Source of the DNA: the human T2T-CHM13v2.0 reference genome, Homo sapiens
NCBI RefSeq assembly: GCF_009914755.1
Contig: NC_060938.1
Length of the DNA stretch: 64,000 bases
Strand: one strand, 5' to 3'
The stretch's first letter is position 1. Each line of letters starts with the position of its first letter. The notes beneath the pieces were generated by a model that saw only the letters and a program-made list of their open reading frames with translations, did not search any database and was not told where the DNA came from. This document shows, piece after piece, positions 40,851 through 53,930 of the stretch. Both the position numbers and the translations under genes were made by a program.

Positions 40851-42960
40851 CAAGTCAATAAATGTGATTCACCACATAAACAGAATTAAAAACAAAAATC
40901 GTATGACCATCTTAATAGATGCAGGAAAAGCATTTGACAAAATTCAGCATCCCTTTATGATTAAAACAAACTAGAGTCTAGAGGCATAAAAGGAACATAT
41001 CTCAAACTAATAAAAACTATATATGACGAACCCACAGCCAACATCATAGTGAATGCGGAAAAGTTGAAAGCATTCCCTCTAAGATCTGGAACAGGACAAG
41101 GATGTTCACTTTCACCACTTCTATTCAACATAGTGCTGGAAATCTTGGAGCAATCAGGCAAGAGAAAGAAATAAAAGTCGTCCACATTGGAAAAGAGGAA
41201 GCCAAACTCTCTGTTGGCCAATAATATAAACTTATATCTACAAAACCCTAAAGATGCCTCCAAAATATCCTAGGTTTAATAAATGAATTCAATAAAGTCC
41301 CAGGTTACAAAATCATTATGTATGAAGCAGTAGTACTGCCATGTACCAATAAGAACCAACATGAGAACCAAATCAAGAATGCTACCCATTTACAATAGCT
41401 GCAAAAAAAGTAAAATATCTGGGAAAATACTTAATCAAGGACATGAAAGATCACTGCAAGGAGAACTACAAAACACTGATGAAAGAAATTGTAAATGACA
41501 CAAATAAATGGAAACACATCACATGCTCATGGATAGGAAGAACCAATGTCATAAAAATGACCATACTGCCCAAAGCAATCTTCAGATTCAATGCAATTCC
41601 TAACAAAACACCAATGTCATTTTTTACAGTATTAGAAAAAACAAACACAACAAATAGACAAGTACAACAAATTGATCTTTGACAAAGCAGACAAAAACAT
41701 ACCTTGAGGAAACGTATTCAATAAATGATGCTGGGAAATAAATGGATAGAAAAATAAATCTGAATCCCTATCTCTCATCGTGTACAAAAATTAACTCAAA
41801 ATGGATTAAAAAGTTAAATCTAATACCTCAAACCATAAAAATTGTAAAAGATAACCTGGAAACGCTCTTCTGACATTGGCCTAGGCAAAGAATTTATGAC
41901 TAAGACCCCAAAAGCAAATGTAACAATAACAAAAATAAATAAATGGGACCTACTTGAACTTAAAAGCTTTTGCACAGCAAAATAAATAATCAATAGAGTA
42001 AAAAGACAAACCACAGAACTGGAGAAAATATTTGCAAACCATACATCCAACAAAGGACTAATATCCAGAATCTACAAGGAACTCAAACAAATCAACAAGA
42101 AAGAAACAAATAATCCCATTAAAAAGTTGGCAAAGGACATGAACAGACACTTCTCAAAAGAAGATCTACAAATGACCAACAAACATATGAAAAAAGATTC
42201 AACATCCCTAATCATCAGGGAAATGCAAATTAAAACCACAATTATATACCACCTTACTCCTGCAAGAATGGCCATTATTAAAAAGTCACAAAACAACAGG
42301 TATTGGCACGATGCAGTGAAAAGGGAATGCTTATACACTGCTGGTGGGAATGTAAATTAGTACAACTTCTACAGAAAACATTATGAAGATTTCTCAAATA
42401 ACTAAAAGTAGATCTACCATTCAACCCAGCAATGATTCTGCTAGATACCTACCCCCTCAAAAATAAGACGGCATTATATCCAAAAGACACCTGCTCACAT
42501 ATGTTTATCACAGCACAATTCACAATTGTAAAGATACAGAATCAACCTTAAGTGCTCCTCAGCCATAAGTGGATAAAGAAACTGTACCATGGAGTACTAA
42601 TTAGTCATAAAAAATGAAATAACATCTTTTTCAGTGACTTGGATGGAACTAGAGGCCATTATCCTAAGTGAAGGAACTCAGGAATGGAAAATCAGATACC
42701 ATGCGTTCTTACTTATAATTAGAACCTAAGCTATGAGTACTCAAAGGCATACAGCATGGTATAATGGGCATTGGAGACTCAGAAGAGGGGAGGAAGGGAT
42801 GGAGGTGAAAGATAAAAAGTTATCTATTGAGTACAATGTGCACTATTGATGTGACGGGTACACTAAAAGCCCAGACTTCACTACTACACAATTCATTTAT
42901 GTAACCAAAACCACCCGTACCCTTAAAGCTATGGAAATAAAATAAAAATAAACAAATAAT
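40851..42960 (+). mobile_element. L1PB-family LINE, 5'-truncated, internal deletion near 41640
   Basis: ORF2 remnants ([11 protein letters not shown] 41443; [12 protein letters not shown] 42127); L1PB 3'UTR AAAAGCCCAGACTTCACTAC...AAAGCTATGGAAATAAAA. Confidence 0.9.
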
Positions 42961-43118
42961 TAAATAAATGGAGATACCACATTTACAGCTGGGAAGACAT
43001 TTTTAAAATGTCAATTCTCTCTAATGTGACATATATTCTATATAATCTCAATCAAAATCCCAGGAAGTTATCTTGTAGAAATCACTAAGCTGATTCCAAA
43101 ATACATATAGAAATACAA

Positions 43119-43224
43119 AGAATATATTCTATATAGAATATAGAATATATTCTATATATAGAATATAGAATATATAGAATATATTCTATATATAGAATAT
43201 ATTCTATATATAGAATATAGAATA
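43119..43224. repeat. Palindromic AT-rich simple repeat (TATAGAATATATTCTATA-based)
   Basis: Alternating TAGAATA and TATTCTA units. Confidence 0.9.
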
Positions 43225-44700
43225 ACCAAACAAACTTAAAAAGGGAACAAAATTAAAATACTTTTATTAGTTGATTCCAAAGCTTACTATAAAGCAAGAA
43301 TGATGAAAACACTATGGTATCAGTGTAAGAACAGACATGCAGATCAATGATACAGAGTAGAAAATTCAGAGATTCGTACATGAATGGTCAAATGATTTTT
43401 CTACAAAGGTGCCAAAGTAATTCAATGGGGAAAGTGTAACCTTTACTACAAATGATACTGAACAACTGAACATTCATATTTTAAAAATAGACATCAACAC
43501 TTGTCTACCTCACATAAAAAAGATTTAATATGGTTCATAGATCTAAGCATAAAGTGGCAATTATAGAAAATACTTTGAAGAAATTCTAATTTGAAATTGG
43601 AAAAAAATTAAGAGAAATTATTTATAATTTTGAATTAAGCAAATTTTTTTAACTAGTATATAAAAGGCATGAATTATCAAAGAGAAAGTTGATATATTGG
43701 ACTGTATGAAAATTTTAAATGCTTCCTCTTCAAAAGACACTTCAGAAACTAAAAAAAAAAAAAAAAAAAAGAAGTCGTGCCTGTAGGAAGGTATTCATAA
43801 AATAAATGTTAAAGTATTTGTAACCGGAATAAAACTAAGCCATTTTTAATATATCAAGTTATGTCATAATGATATATATATGATAAACAAATCTTTGTAT
43901 ACAAAGATATACTAATGGTCAAGAAACCTAGGAAGAGAAACTCAACATCTACAGTTACTAGGGAAATTTAAATTAAAACACAATTCAATACCACTAAACA
44001 CTCACTAGAATGATTAAAATTTTAAACACTGATGATAACCAAGTACTGGTAAGCATATGAAGCAACTGTCATGCTTACATATTTCTGATGGGAATGCAAA
44101 ACGGTACAGCCTCTTTGGGAAGCAGTTTATCATTATTACATAACTTTGAACATTCACTTATACACAGTTTAGCAATCTTACTACTATATATTTACCTAGT
44201 AGGAATGAAAATATTTATCCATACAAGACTTGTACATGAATATTTTTTAAAGTTTTATTTATATTAGCCAAAACACTGGAAACTATCCAAATGCACACTG
44301 CTTGATGACTAGTTAAACAAATTGGATTCACATCCATACATGGAAAACTATTCAGTAATAAAATGGAATTACTGATACATGCAACCTGAATAAATCTTTT
44401 AAAACATTATGCTAAGTAAAAGAAGCCAGACACAAATAACTACGCTCTTTTTTATGCCCTACAAACTAAATTTGAAAAAAGGCAAAACTATAGTTACAGA
44501 AAGCAAATTGGGGGTTGCCATAAGCAAAAAGTGGGGTCGCAGATTGACTATAAAGGTACAATGAAGTGACAGAAATGTTCTGCATTATTTCAGTAGTTAG
44601 ACAACTGTATATTTCTGTCAAAACTCATTAAAATTGCTTCACTGTATTATATTTAAATTATACTTCAATAAAGCTGATTATTTAAAAAATAACTTTAGTT

Positions 44701-44882
44701 CTTACATGTATTGATAGATCTCTTGTGTCTCCCTAAAATACATAAAACCAAGCTGTAGCCCGACCACCTTGTGCGCATATACTCAGGGTCCCCTGGGGCT
44801 GTGTTATGGGCCACTGATCACTCATATTTGGCTCAGAATAATCTCTTCAAATATTTTAGATTTCGACTCTTTTTGTTGATAA
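44701..44882 (+). mobile_element. ERV1 LTR 3' part, MER4-like
   Basis: CTTACATGTATTGAT...CTCCCTAAAAT...AAAACCAAGCTGTAGCCCGACCACCTTG...CACTCATATTTGGCTCAGAATAA. Confidence 0.85.
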
Positions 44883-45040
44883 TATATACACATAATTTAC
44901 CATTTAACCATTTTCAGTGGTATTAAGTATATCACAGCGTTGTACAACAATCATTACTACCCATGTCTAGAGCTTTTTCAACCTCCCAAATGCAAAAGTC
45001 TATAACCATTAAATAATAGCTCCCCATTTCCTTTTCCCTC
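44883..45040 (-). mobile_element. L1MB-like 3' end
   Basis: ATTTACCATTTAACCATTTT...GTTGTACAAC...CCATTAAATAATAGCTCCCCATTTCC. Confidence 0.7.
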
Positions 45041-45311
45041 AATATGATCCCATTCTTGTAATAAAAGTCTGGAAGCATACACACGAATTGTCTCAAAATG
45101 TTCATCTTACCTGAACATTTACTAAATATTTGCTTGACACCTATTTTGTTCCTCCCAAAAAACAATGGATGACTAGATTAAAAGCAATTTTTACAACTAT
45201 TTTGAACTTTATAAAACAAATGATTTATTATACGTATAGCATTTAGAAATAGTACCTGGCACGTAGTAAGCTCTACATTGGTGTTAGTTATTACTATCTT
45301 TTTTGTGCTAA

Positions 45312-45666
<355 letters not shown>

Positions 45667-47214
45667 GAAATTTTTAATAACAGGAAAACTACAAAACAGA
45701 TAAAGAATTGCTATCCAAATCATACAATATTTATTTTTTAATATAAAACAAAAATACATAAAGAGATATGAACACACATATAAGCAGCCCTATGAATGGA
45801 GCTGTCCCAAAATGTGACACTGAAAGGGCCTACCCAGGGGAACAGAGCACACACCAAACCAGGGAAGAAAGCTCTGACATGCTGGGTGCAGGTTTCACAG
45901 CTTTCACATCTGTTTCTGAACAGTCAGGTTTCCATAGTCTCTCTCTACACTCTACTCATTATGTTCCTCCGTCATCCCTGGCCGGATTTCTTTTAGCTGT
46001 GACTCATTTCATTTCAATCCTGGGGACTGGGCTAATTTGTTCAGCTATATAAAGGAATAGAATGGCACAAATCCTGATTAGGAGCTTCTGAAAATGCAGG
46101 ATTTCCTCTGCATAGAACAGCAGGGTTTAGTTCTGCCAGGAACATAGGCCTATATCTTCCCTTTCTTTTGTTCTCCAAGATTTTTCTATCTCAATACCCC
46201 TAGAGTACTATGTTTATTACTCTCATTTATTGCTCCTCTGAATGTGAGGGTTTGATAGTCAGTGGGGCAAAGCTTACATCCTCAATAGATTCCTCTTCAA
46301 TACGTGTAAATGACTCTAACTCTTTCCATGCAAGGGTGTTGAGTATGGCTATTTGGATCATCTGTGCTAGTTAAATTACACAGTCTCAGCCTTATCACTA
46401 CTTTTCAAGGCTACTCAGAAAGTCACTAAATTATGTGTTCTGCTTACCAGAGGAAAAGGATATGTCATCAGGGTCTGTTGCTTTAACACTTTGGGAGCCT
46501 AATGTCTTATTCAGTTCTTTTTGGTGACTAATCCAGACCACATTTGCATTAATAGCCTTAACCCCAGTCACAGGTTTAATTTGTTTAAAACTATATTTAG
46601 GCCTTTGGGAGCTTCTATAATGAATTTCATTAAACAGAAAGATTATATAATGTACTCTTTTATGATTAATTAACTCTCTATAAAGATGGTAATTATAATT
46701 AAACTCATAATCTGACTAGTGTGTCATTATCATAATAATTGATCAAGTCATTTTATCCTGCAAGCATTCAAAAACTGCAATGCTTCTGAAACAGAAACAA
46801 TTCTAAATCATCAAAAAAACGCAGTTTTCACATATATTTCACACACTCTACAGCCTTTTTCCAGTCTTTTCAGTTAATGGCCTCTTTCCTAACTATAACA
46901 ATTTCCTTCCCCAAAAACACTTTTTATTACCCAAAAGATCACAATAAATTTATCTATAACATTCATATTTCATATCAGAATGACTGTGTAATTTAGGCAT
47001 ATCTGATGTTTCTGTTTTTAAAATGCAGGATATGCTACTGCCCTCAGGATATTCAAGTTTGTATATGTGGCCTTTGGCTACACTATTAAACAAATGGACA
47101 GCATTAATCAGAGACTCCATGCAACACATTTTCAGAGGTATGACCTGGCTAACCTTTGAAGGCATTGGCACTACATACTGTAGAATATTCTTATTTCAAA
47201 AATGAGAAGGAAGA

Positions 47215-47570
47215 CTCTTCCGGTTCTGACTACTCACAGCAGCCCAGAAAACCCACACAAATACCCACGGGGAATTATAATTAACCTTAATGAATTGCCA
47301 CATTCCAGGCTTTCAAAGGTCTTATCCTGAAACATCACTGCTCTTCATAGTGCACCCCTGTATCTGGAGGCGTATACAATAGCAGCTGTGAGGAAATGCT
47401 GCAGGCAAAACAAACGGCAGCATCATTACGGCTATTTTTAGCCTGTAGGATGGAATCAGCTCAGGGCTGCTGGCTCGGCTCACACACCCACCTACTGAGG
47501 CGTCAGCGTTCCACAGCACACCAGAGCAGGACCATTTCAGTAACGACTCAGAAGACGTCAGGACAATTCT
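47215..47570. promoter_or_regulatory. Small CpG-retaining non-repeat island; candidate promoter/enhancer
   Basis: About 10 CpGs in 350 bp, CRE-like GACGTCA and GGCGTCA, E-box CAGCTG, minus-strand GTGAGT donor at 47232-47237. Confidence 0.35.
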
Positions 47571-47760
47571 GACTGAACACAGAATTCTCCCTGAAATTGC
47601 TATATGCAGGTAAAAGTCTCAAGGAAACAGTGGAAGACCCAATGTGAATTTTATGGTTCTCTCATCCAAAACCATCTCCTTGAGAGAAGCGCAGTGGAGT
47701 GAATATACATAATGACCTATTGGCTCATATAATTTGTCTGTATTAACTATTTTCTATTCC

Positions 47761-49572
47761 TTTATATATATATAGTATATATGCTATATATTATATATTA
47801 TAAATACTATATAATATATAGTATATATGCTATATAATATTATATAGTATATATGCTATATGCTATATAATATTATATAGCATATATACTATATATTATA
47901 TAGCATATATACTATATATTATATAGTATATATAATATATTATATAGCATATATAATATATATTATGTAGCTTATATAATATATATTAAATAGCATATAT
48001 AATATATAGTATATAGCATATATAATATACTATATACTATATACTAGTATATAGTATATACTATATACTAGTATATAGTATATACTATATACTAGTATAT
48101 AGTATATTATATATACTATATACTAGTATATAGTATTATATAATATACTATATACTATATACTAGTATATAGTATATATTATATACTAGTATATAGTATA
48201 TTATATATACTACATACTAATATATAGTATATATAATATACTATATACTAGTATGTAGTATATATAATATACTATATACTAGTATGTAGTATATTTAATA
48301 TACTATATACTAGTATGTAGTATATTTAATATACTATATGCTAGATGATATTATATAGTATATATAATATACTATATGCTAGATGATATTATATGGTATA
48401 TATAATATACTATATGCTAGATGATATTATATGGTATATATAATATACTATATGCTAGATGATATTATATGGTATATATAATATACTATATGCTAGATGA
48501 TATTATATGGTATATATAATATACTATATGCTAGATGATATTATATGGTATATATAATATACTATATGCTAGATGATATTATATGGTATATATAATATAC
48601 TATATGCTAGATGATATTATATGGTATATATAATATACTATATGCTAGATGATATTATATGGTATATATAATATACTATATGCTAGATGATATTATATGG
48701 TATATATAATATACTATATGCTAGATGATATTATATGGTATATATAATATACTATATGCTAGATGATATTATATGGTATATATAATATACTATATGCTAG
48801 TTGATATTATATGGTATATATAATATACTATATGCTAGATGATATTATATGGTATATATAATATACTATATGCTAGATGATATTATATGGTATATATAAT
48901 ATACTATATGCTAGATGATATTATATGGTATATATAATATACTATATGCTAGATGATATTATATGGTATATATAATATACTATATGCTAGATGATATTAT
49001 ATGGTATATATAATATACTATATGCTAGATGATATTATATGGTATATATAATATACTATATGCTAGATGATATTATATGGTATATATAATATACTATATG
49101 CTAGATGATATTATATGGTATATATAATATACTATATGCTAGATGATATTATATGGTATATATAATATACTATATGCTAGATGATATTATATGGTATATA
49201 TAATATACTATATGCTAGATGATATTATATGGTATATATAATATACTATATACTAGATGATATTATATGGTATATATAATATACTATATACTAGATGATA
49301 TTATATAGTATATATAATATACTATATACTAGATGATATTATATAGTATATATAATATACTATATACTAGATGATATTATATAGTATATAGTATATACTA
49401 TATAATATCATCTAGTATATAGTATATTATATATACTATATACTATATAGTATATAGTATATTATATATACTATATACTATATAGTATATAGTATATTAT
49501 ATATACTATATACTATATAGTATATAGTATATATAATAATGTATATAATTAAATATATACATTATATATATA
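47761..49572. repeat. AT-rich palindromic minisatellite/VNTR; core 28 x 38 bp at 48323-49386
   Basis: Unit TATATAATATACTATATGCTAGATGATATTATATGGTA; preceded by three 31-bp units (48230-48322) and irregular palindromic TA-rich sequence; inverted unit at 49396-49433. Confidence 0.97.
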
Positions 49573-49849
49573 CACACACATACAAATATTCTTTTCTGTA
49601 AGTCATCTTGAGAACTTGTTTGAAAAGAAGTGAGATACAAATAAATATTAAGACCCTAGGATGAATTACATTTTAATTACCTCGGCCAAACTAAGGTAAA
49701 GCCACTTAGTTTAACCCACTCATTTCTATAGAGGTAGAAACAGGACCTTGGTTTCTATGTCTAGGAAATGAATGGGTTAAACTAAGTGGCTTTCCAACCC
49801 AGTGCATGCTCCCTTTCTGATTGTCCTCTGCCACCTGCCTCTGGCTTCC

Positions 49850-50160
49850 TGCCACTTCTGGAACACACTCTATGCTCCAGCCACAGATCTCTGTGCCTTG
49901 ACACATGCTGTTCCTCATCCAGTTTTTTTCAGTTTTATAATCCTACTTATCTTTCAAAACTCTGCTCAAGCATTGCTTTCTATAAGAAGCCTTTCATGCT
50001 TACCTGTACCAAGCATTTATTCTCACTCTGCTGCAAGCCATGATTGTGAATAACTTTCAAGTAAAAAACCATCTTTCATTCATCTTTGCAGCTCCAACAC
50101 CTAGTACAACACCTGCCAATAGGACCTAAAAATATTGTGTATTGAATGATTAAATGAATG
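49850..50160 (+). mobile_element. L2 3' fragment
   Basis: TGTGCCTTGACACATGCTGTTCC...CATCTTTGCAGCTCCAACACCTAGTACAACACCTG...TTGAATGATTAAATGAATG. Confidence 0.75.
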
Positions 50161-50586
50161 TCTTTTCCAGCTCTGACCTCTACTTAGATTGAGATAAGCC
50201 AGTCAGATAACCAGCACAGCCCTCACACATTACCCAAAGGGCAGCTGCCTCTGATGGAGGTGGGAAGGCTTAGGAAACTACAGAGAAACATCAAACTGAC
50301 TCTATAGGACAGGCCTGGGATGAGCACCAGTAAAGAAAAGAAAAGAACAAAAAGGAAGTGTCTGTAACTTTTAATTTTGCTTAGGACTAACCCGGGGATT
50401 TGTACAGTAAGTTAATTAAATGTGATCAAGCTTGGACTCTTGGATAAACAAGTAGAACAACCTGACATCAGTCAAGATTTCCAAAATGTGTCATATACAC
50501 TCAAGAAGCAGCAGGAGAGGCATCAAATGTTAAATAGATTCCCTTAAAATACCTAGACTACAGGTCCCATTGGTTATAGGGTTCCT

Positions 50587-50850
50587 CAGTGTTCTCAATG
50601 GGGCATTACTTACTGCCCCACCCCAGAGGTATTTTGAAGATTTGTAGAGTTTTGTCTCTTTGTCTTCTACTATAACTGTGCCTATGCATTTATATGTAGA
50701 ACTGTATATTATTTTACTAAAATTACTTTCCTATTATATTTCCCTTAAATTATACTTTCATTTCTATTTAAAAATTGAGTGTTCATATGATTTATTATCT
50801 ATAATTTTGTTTCATGAAAGGAAAGAAGTTATTATATAATATTTTCTATA
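50587..50850. mobile_element. MER20B-like hAT-Charlie element, internally deleted
   Basis: CAGTG-TTCTCAA TIR-like start; GCATTTATATGT...ATTATTTTACTAAAATTACTTTCCT and TATTATCTATAATTTTGTTTCA. Confidence 0.55.
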
Positions 50851-51179
50851 GAAAAACTCAGTCTCACCTCCAGGGATCACAGATAATAGACCAAGAAAAT
50901 GAGGAACGGATCATGGCTCCCTCCACCTGGCTTTTTCCAGTCTTCATTGTCACACACTCTTCAGCTACCAGAAGCCACTGCCCCTGGAGGCCCCACCTAG
51001 ACTTCTCAGACAAGGATGTCTTGCTTCGAGATTTGAAGCAGATACCAATGCCTTTAATGATGTCAGATCTGCTGCCTTTGGAGGAACAGAATGCTTTAGC
51101 CCAATGTGGAAATCAACGAAGTCAGAGGATACACTTAAATTTGTCCTTGAAACAAGAGTAGGAGGATTGAGATTTTTCT

Positions 51180-51948
51180 TTTTTTTTTTAATTTTTTATT
51201 TTATTGTTATTATACTTTAAGTTTTAGGGTACATGTGCACAATGTGCAGGTTAGTTACATATGTATACATGTGCCATGCTGGTGTGCTGCACCCATTAAT
51301 TCGTCATTTAGCATTAGGTATATCTCCTAATGCTATCCCTCCCCCGTCCCCCAACCCCACACCAGTCCCCAGAGTGTGATGTTCCCCTTCCTGTGTCCAT
51401 GTGTTCTCATTGTTCAATTCCCACCTATGAGTGAGAACATGCAGTGTTTGATTTTTTGTCCTTGCGATAGTTTACTGAGAATGATGATTTCCAATTTCAT
51501 CCATGTGCCTACAAAGGACATGAACTCATCATTTTTTATGTCTGCATAGTATTCCACGGTGTATATGTGCCACATTTTCTTAATCCAGTCTATCATTGTT
51601 GGACATTTGGGTTGGTTCCAAGTCTTTGCTATTGTGAATAGTGCTGCAATAAACATATGTGTGCATGTGTCTTTATAGCAGCATGATTTATAGTCCTTTG
51701 GGTATATACCCAGTAATGGGATGGCTGGGTCAAATGGTATTTCTAGTTCTAGATCCCTAAGGAATCGCCACACTGTCTTCCACAATGGTTGAACTAGTTT
51801 ACAGTCCCACCAACAGTGTAAAAGTGTTCCTATTTCTCCACATCCTCTCCAGCACCTGTTGTTTCCTGACTTTTTAATGATTGCCATTCTAACTGGTGTG
51901 AGATGGTATCTCATTGTGGTTTTGATTTGCATTTCTCTGATGGCCAGT
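51180..51948 (-). mobile_element. L1PA3/4-like 3' fragment with an open ORF2 C-terminus (ORF 51414-51932)
   Basis: [52 protein letters not shown] is the L1 ORF2p cysteine-rich C-terminal region; exact 16-bp TSD GGATTGAGATTTTTCT at 51164-51179 and 51949-51964. Confidence 0.97.
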
Positions 51949-52459
51949 GGATTGAGATTTTTCTCCCTCCTTTTTTTCTTGCTCCTTCCTTTCTTTTTTG
52001 AATAGGTGCAAGAACTGCATCAATCATAATCCTTTGTTCATAACACACCATTATCACTGACTCACACCAAAGGATCCAAAGTCCCTTGAACAAGACGAAT
52101 TACAGCAGAATAGAATCTCAGTTTAGGGTTAGATTACAAAGTCAGTGTACACAGACCAAATCACCTAAATCTAACTAGAAGGTTCCTTATATCAAGCATA
52201 AAATACAGTGTACATGATTTTGATCAAGAACCCTGGATAACAGTTATTATGCATGTCAAAGTTTGAGAATCAATTAGCTAGAATAATGGAATAAATAAAA
52301 ATCATCTATGCAGACTTCTGATCATTTCAACTTTTCTGCTGCTGTGACAGACGTCAATGTTTGACAGTCGATAAGAGATTGGTAGAGAATTCCAAAATGC
52401 TCTTATTCCTTTATTCTGTTGGTTTTACTTTTAGCATCTCTCAAATTTTCTTTGTTTCT

Positions 52460-53930
52460 ATTTTTTTAATTTTAGAATAGTTTTAGATTTACAGAAAACT
52501 TGTGAAGATTGTTGATATGGTTTGGCTGTGTCCCCACCTAAGTCTCATCTTGGATTGTAATTCTGATAATCCCCAAGTTTCAAGGGAGGGACCTGTAATC
52601 CCCATGTGTTGAGGGAGGGAGGTGATTGGATCATGGGGGCGGTTTTCCCCATGCTGTTCTTGTAACAGTGAATGAGTTCTCACAAGATCTGATGGTTTTA
52701 TAAGTGTTTGGCAAGTTCCTTCTTGGCTCACTCTTCTCTTTCCTGCCCCCATGTGAAGAAGGTCCTTGCTTCCCCTTCACCTTCTGCTATGATTGTAAGT
52801 TTCCTGAGGCCCCCCCAGCCATGTGGAACTGTGAGTCAGTTAAAGCTCTTTTCTTTATAAATTACCCAGTCTCCGGCAGTTCTTTATAGCAGTGTGAAAA
52901 CGGACTAATACAATTGTAGAGAATTCCCATGTACCCCACATCCAGTTTTTTCTCATTGTAAACATTTTTATTAGTATGATACACTTGTCACAACTCATGA
53001 AGCAATACTGATATATCACTATTTACTGAAGTTTTTAATTTATGCATATTTTCTCAATTTTTACCAACTATCCTTGTTCTGTTCCAGGAGCTCATATAGG
53101 ATCCCACATTACATTTAACTGTTATGCCTCCTTAGGTTCTTTGTGACTGTAACAGTTTCTTAGAATTTCCTTGTTTCCAATGACTTTGCCAGTTTTGAGT
53201 AGTACTGATGAGGTATTTAGTAGAATGTCAGTTGGTATTATCTGATGTTTTCTCATAATTAGATTGGAATTATGGGCCTTTAGAAAGAAAACCACAGAGG
53301 TAGAGTGCCAGTCTCACCACATCATATCAAGCATGCATACTGTAAACATGACTTATCACTGCTGATGTTAACCTGGCATTCCCACCAGTGATGAATGAGA
53401 GATCCTGTTGCTCTGCATCTTTGTCAACTAGCAATTAATATGGTAAGCTTTTTGGATTTCAAACATTCTAATATATGTGTAGTGGTATCTCATTGTTCTT
53501 TTAACACATATATCAGGTTGAGCATCCTTTTCATGCTTATTTTCCATCTGAATATCTTCTTTGATGAGGCGTTGTTCAGATTTTTGGCCAACTTTTTGAG
53601 TTTTTTGTTTCCTTATTGTTGACTTTTAGAAGGGTTTTTCTAGTATATTTTGGGAATACAAGTCTTTGATCAAATATGTGATTTGATTTTCTCCCAGTCA
53701 GTGAGCTGTCTTTTTAGTCTCTTGACAGTATCTTTCACAGAGCAAAGTCTTAATTTTAATGTCTAACTTATCAATTTTTCTTTCATAGGTCAAGCTTCTA
53801 TTATTATATTAAAGAATTCATATCCAAACCCATGATCACATAGATTTTCTCCTATATTTTCTTCAGTAAGTTTTATCATTTTGCATTTCGCATTTAGGTC
53901 TACGATCCATTTTCAGTTCAATTTTGTGTG
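52460..53930 (-). mobile_element. L1MC/L1MD-type 3' fragment interrupted by THE1
   Basis: AGAATAGTTTTAGATTTACAGAAAA...CATTACATTTAACTGTTATGCCTCCTTAGG; reverse ORF2 remnant GCATTCCCACCAG...CATTTAGGTCTACGATCCATTT. Confidence 0.8.
52513..52912 (+). mobile_element. THE1D-like solo LTR
   Basis: TGATATGGTTTGGCTGTGTCCCCACC...GGACTAATACA; exact TSD ATTGT at 52508-52512 and 52913-52917. Confidence 0.95.

Noticed and set aside
48323-49386. Regular 38-bp repeats superficially like a CRISPR array
   Set aside because: Units are head-to-tail with no unique spacers, no cas genes are present and the DNA is primate; it is a VNTR
51414-51932. Longest ORF (172 aa) as a gene
   Set aside because: It is the C-terminus of L1 ORF2p within a 5'-truncated L1PA bounded by TSDs
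52567-52622. Internal duplication TAATCCCCA...GGGAGGGA in the THE1 LTR
   Set aside because: Recalled as a recurrent THE1D variant rather than a local event; not verified here
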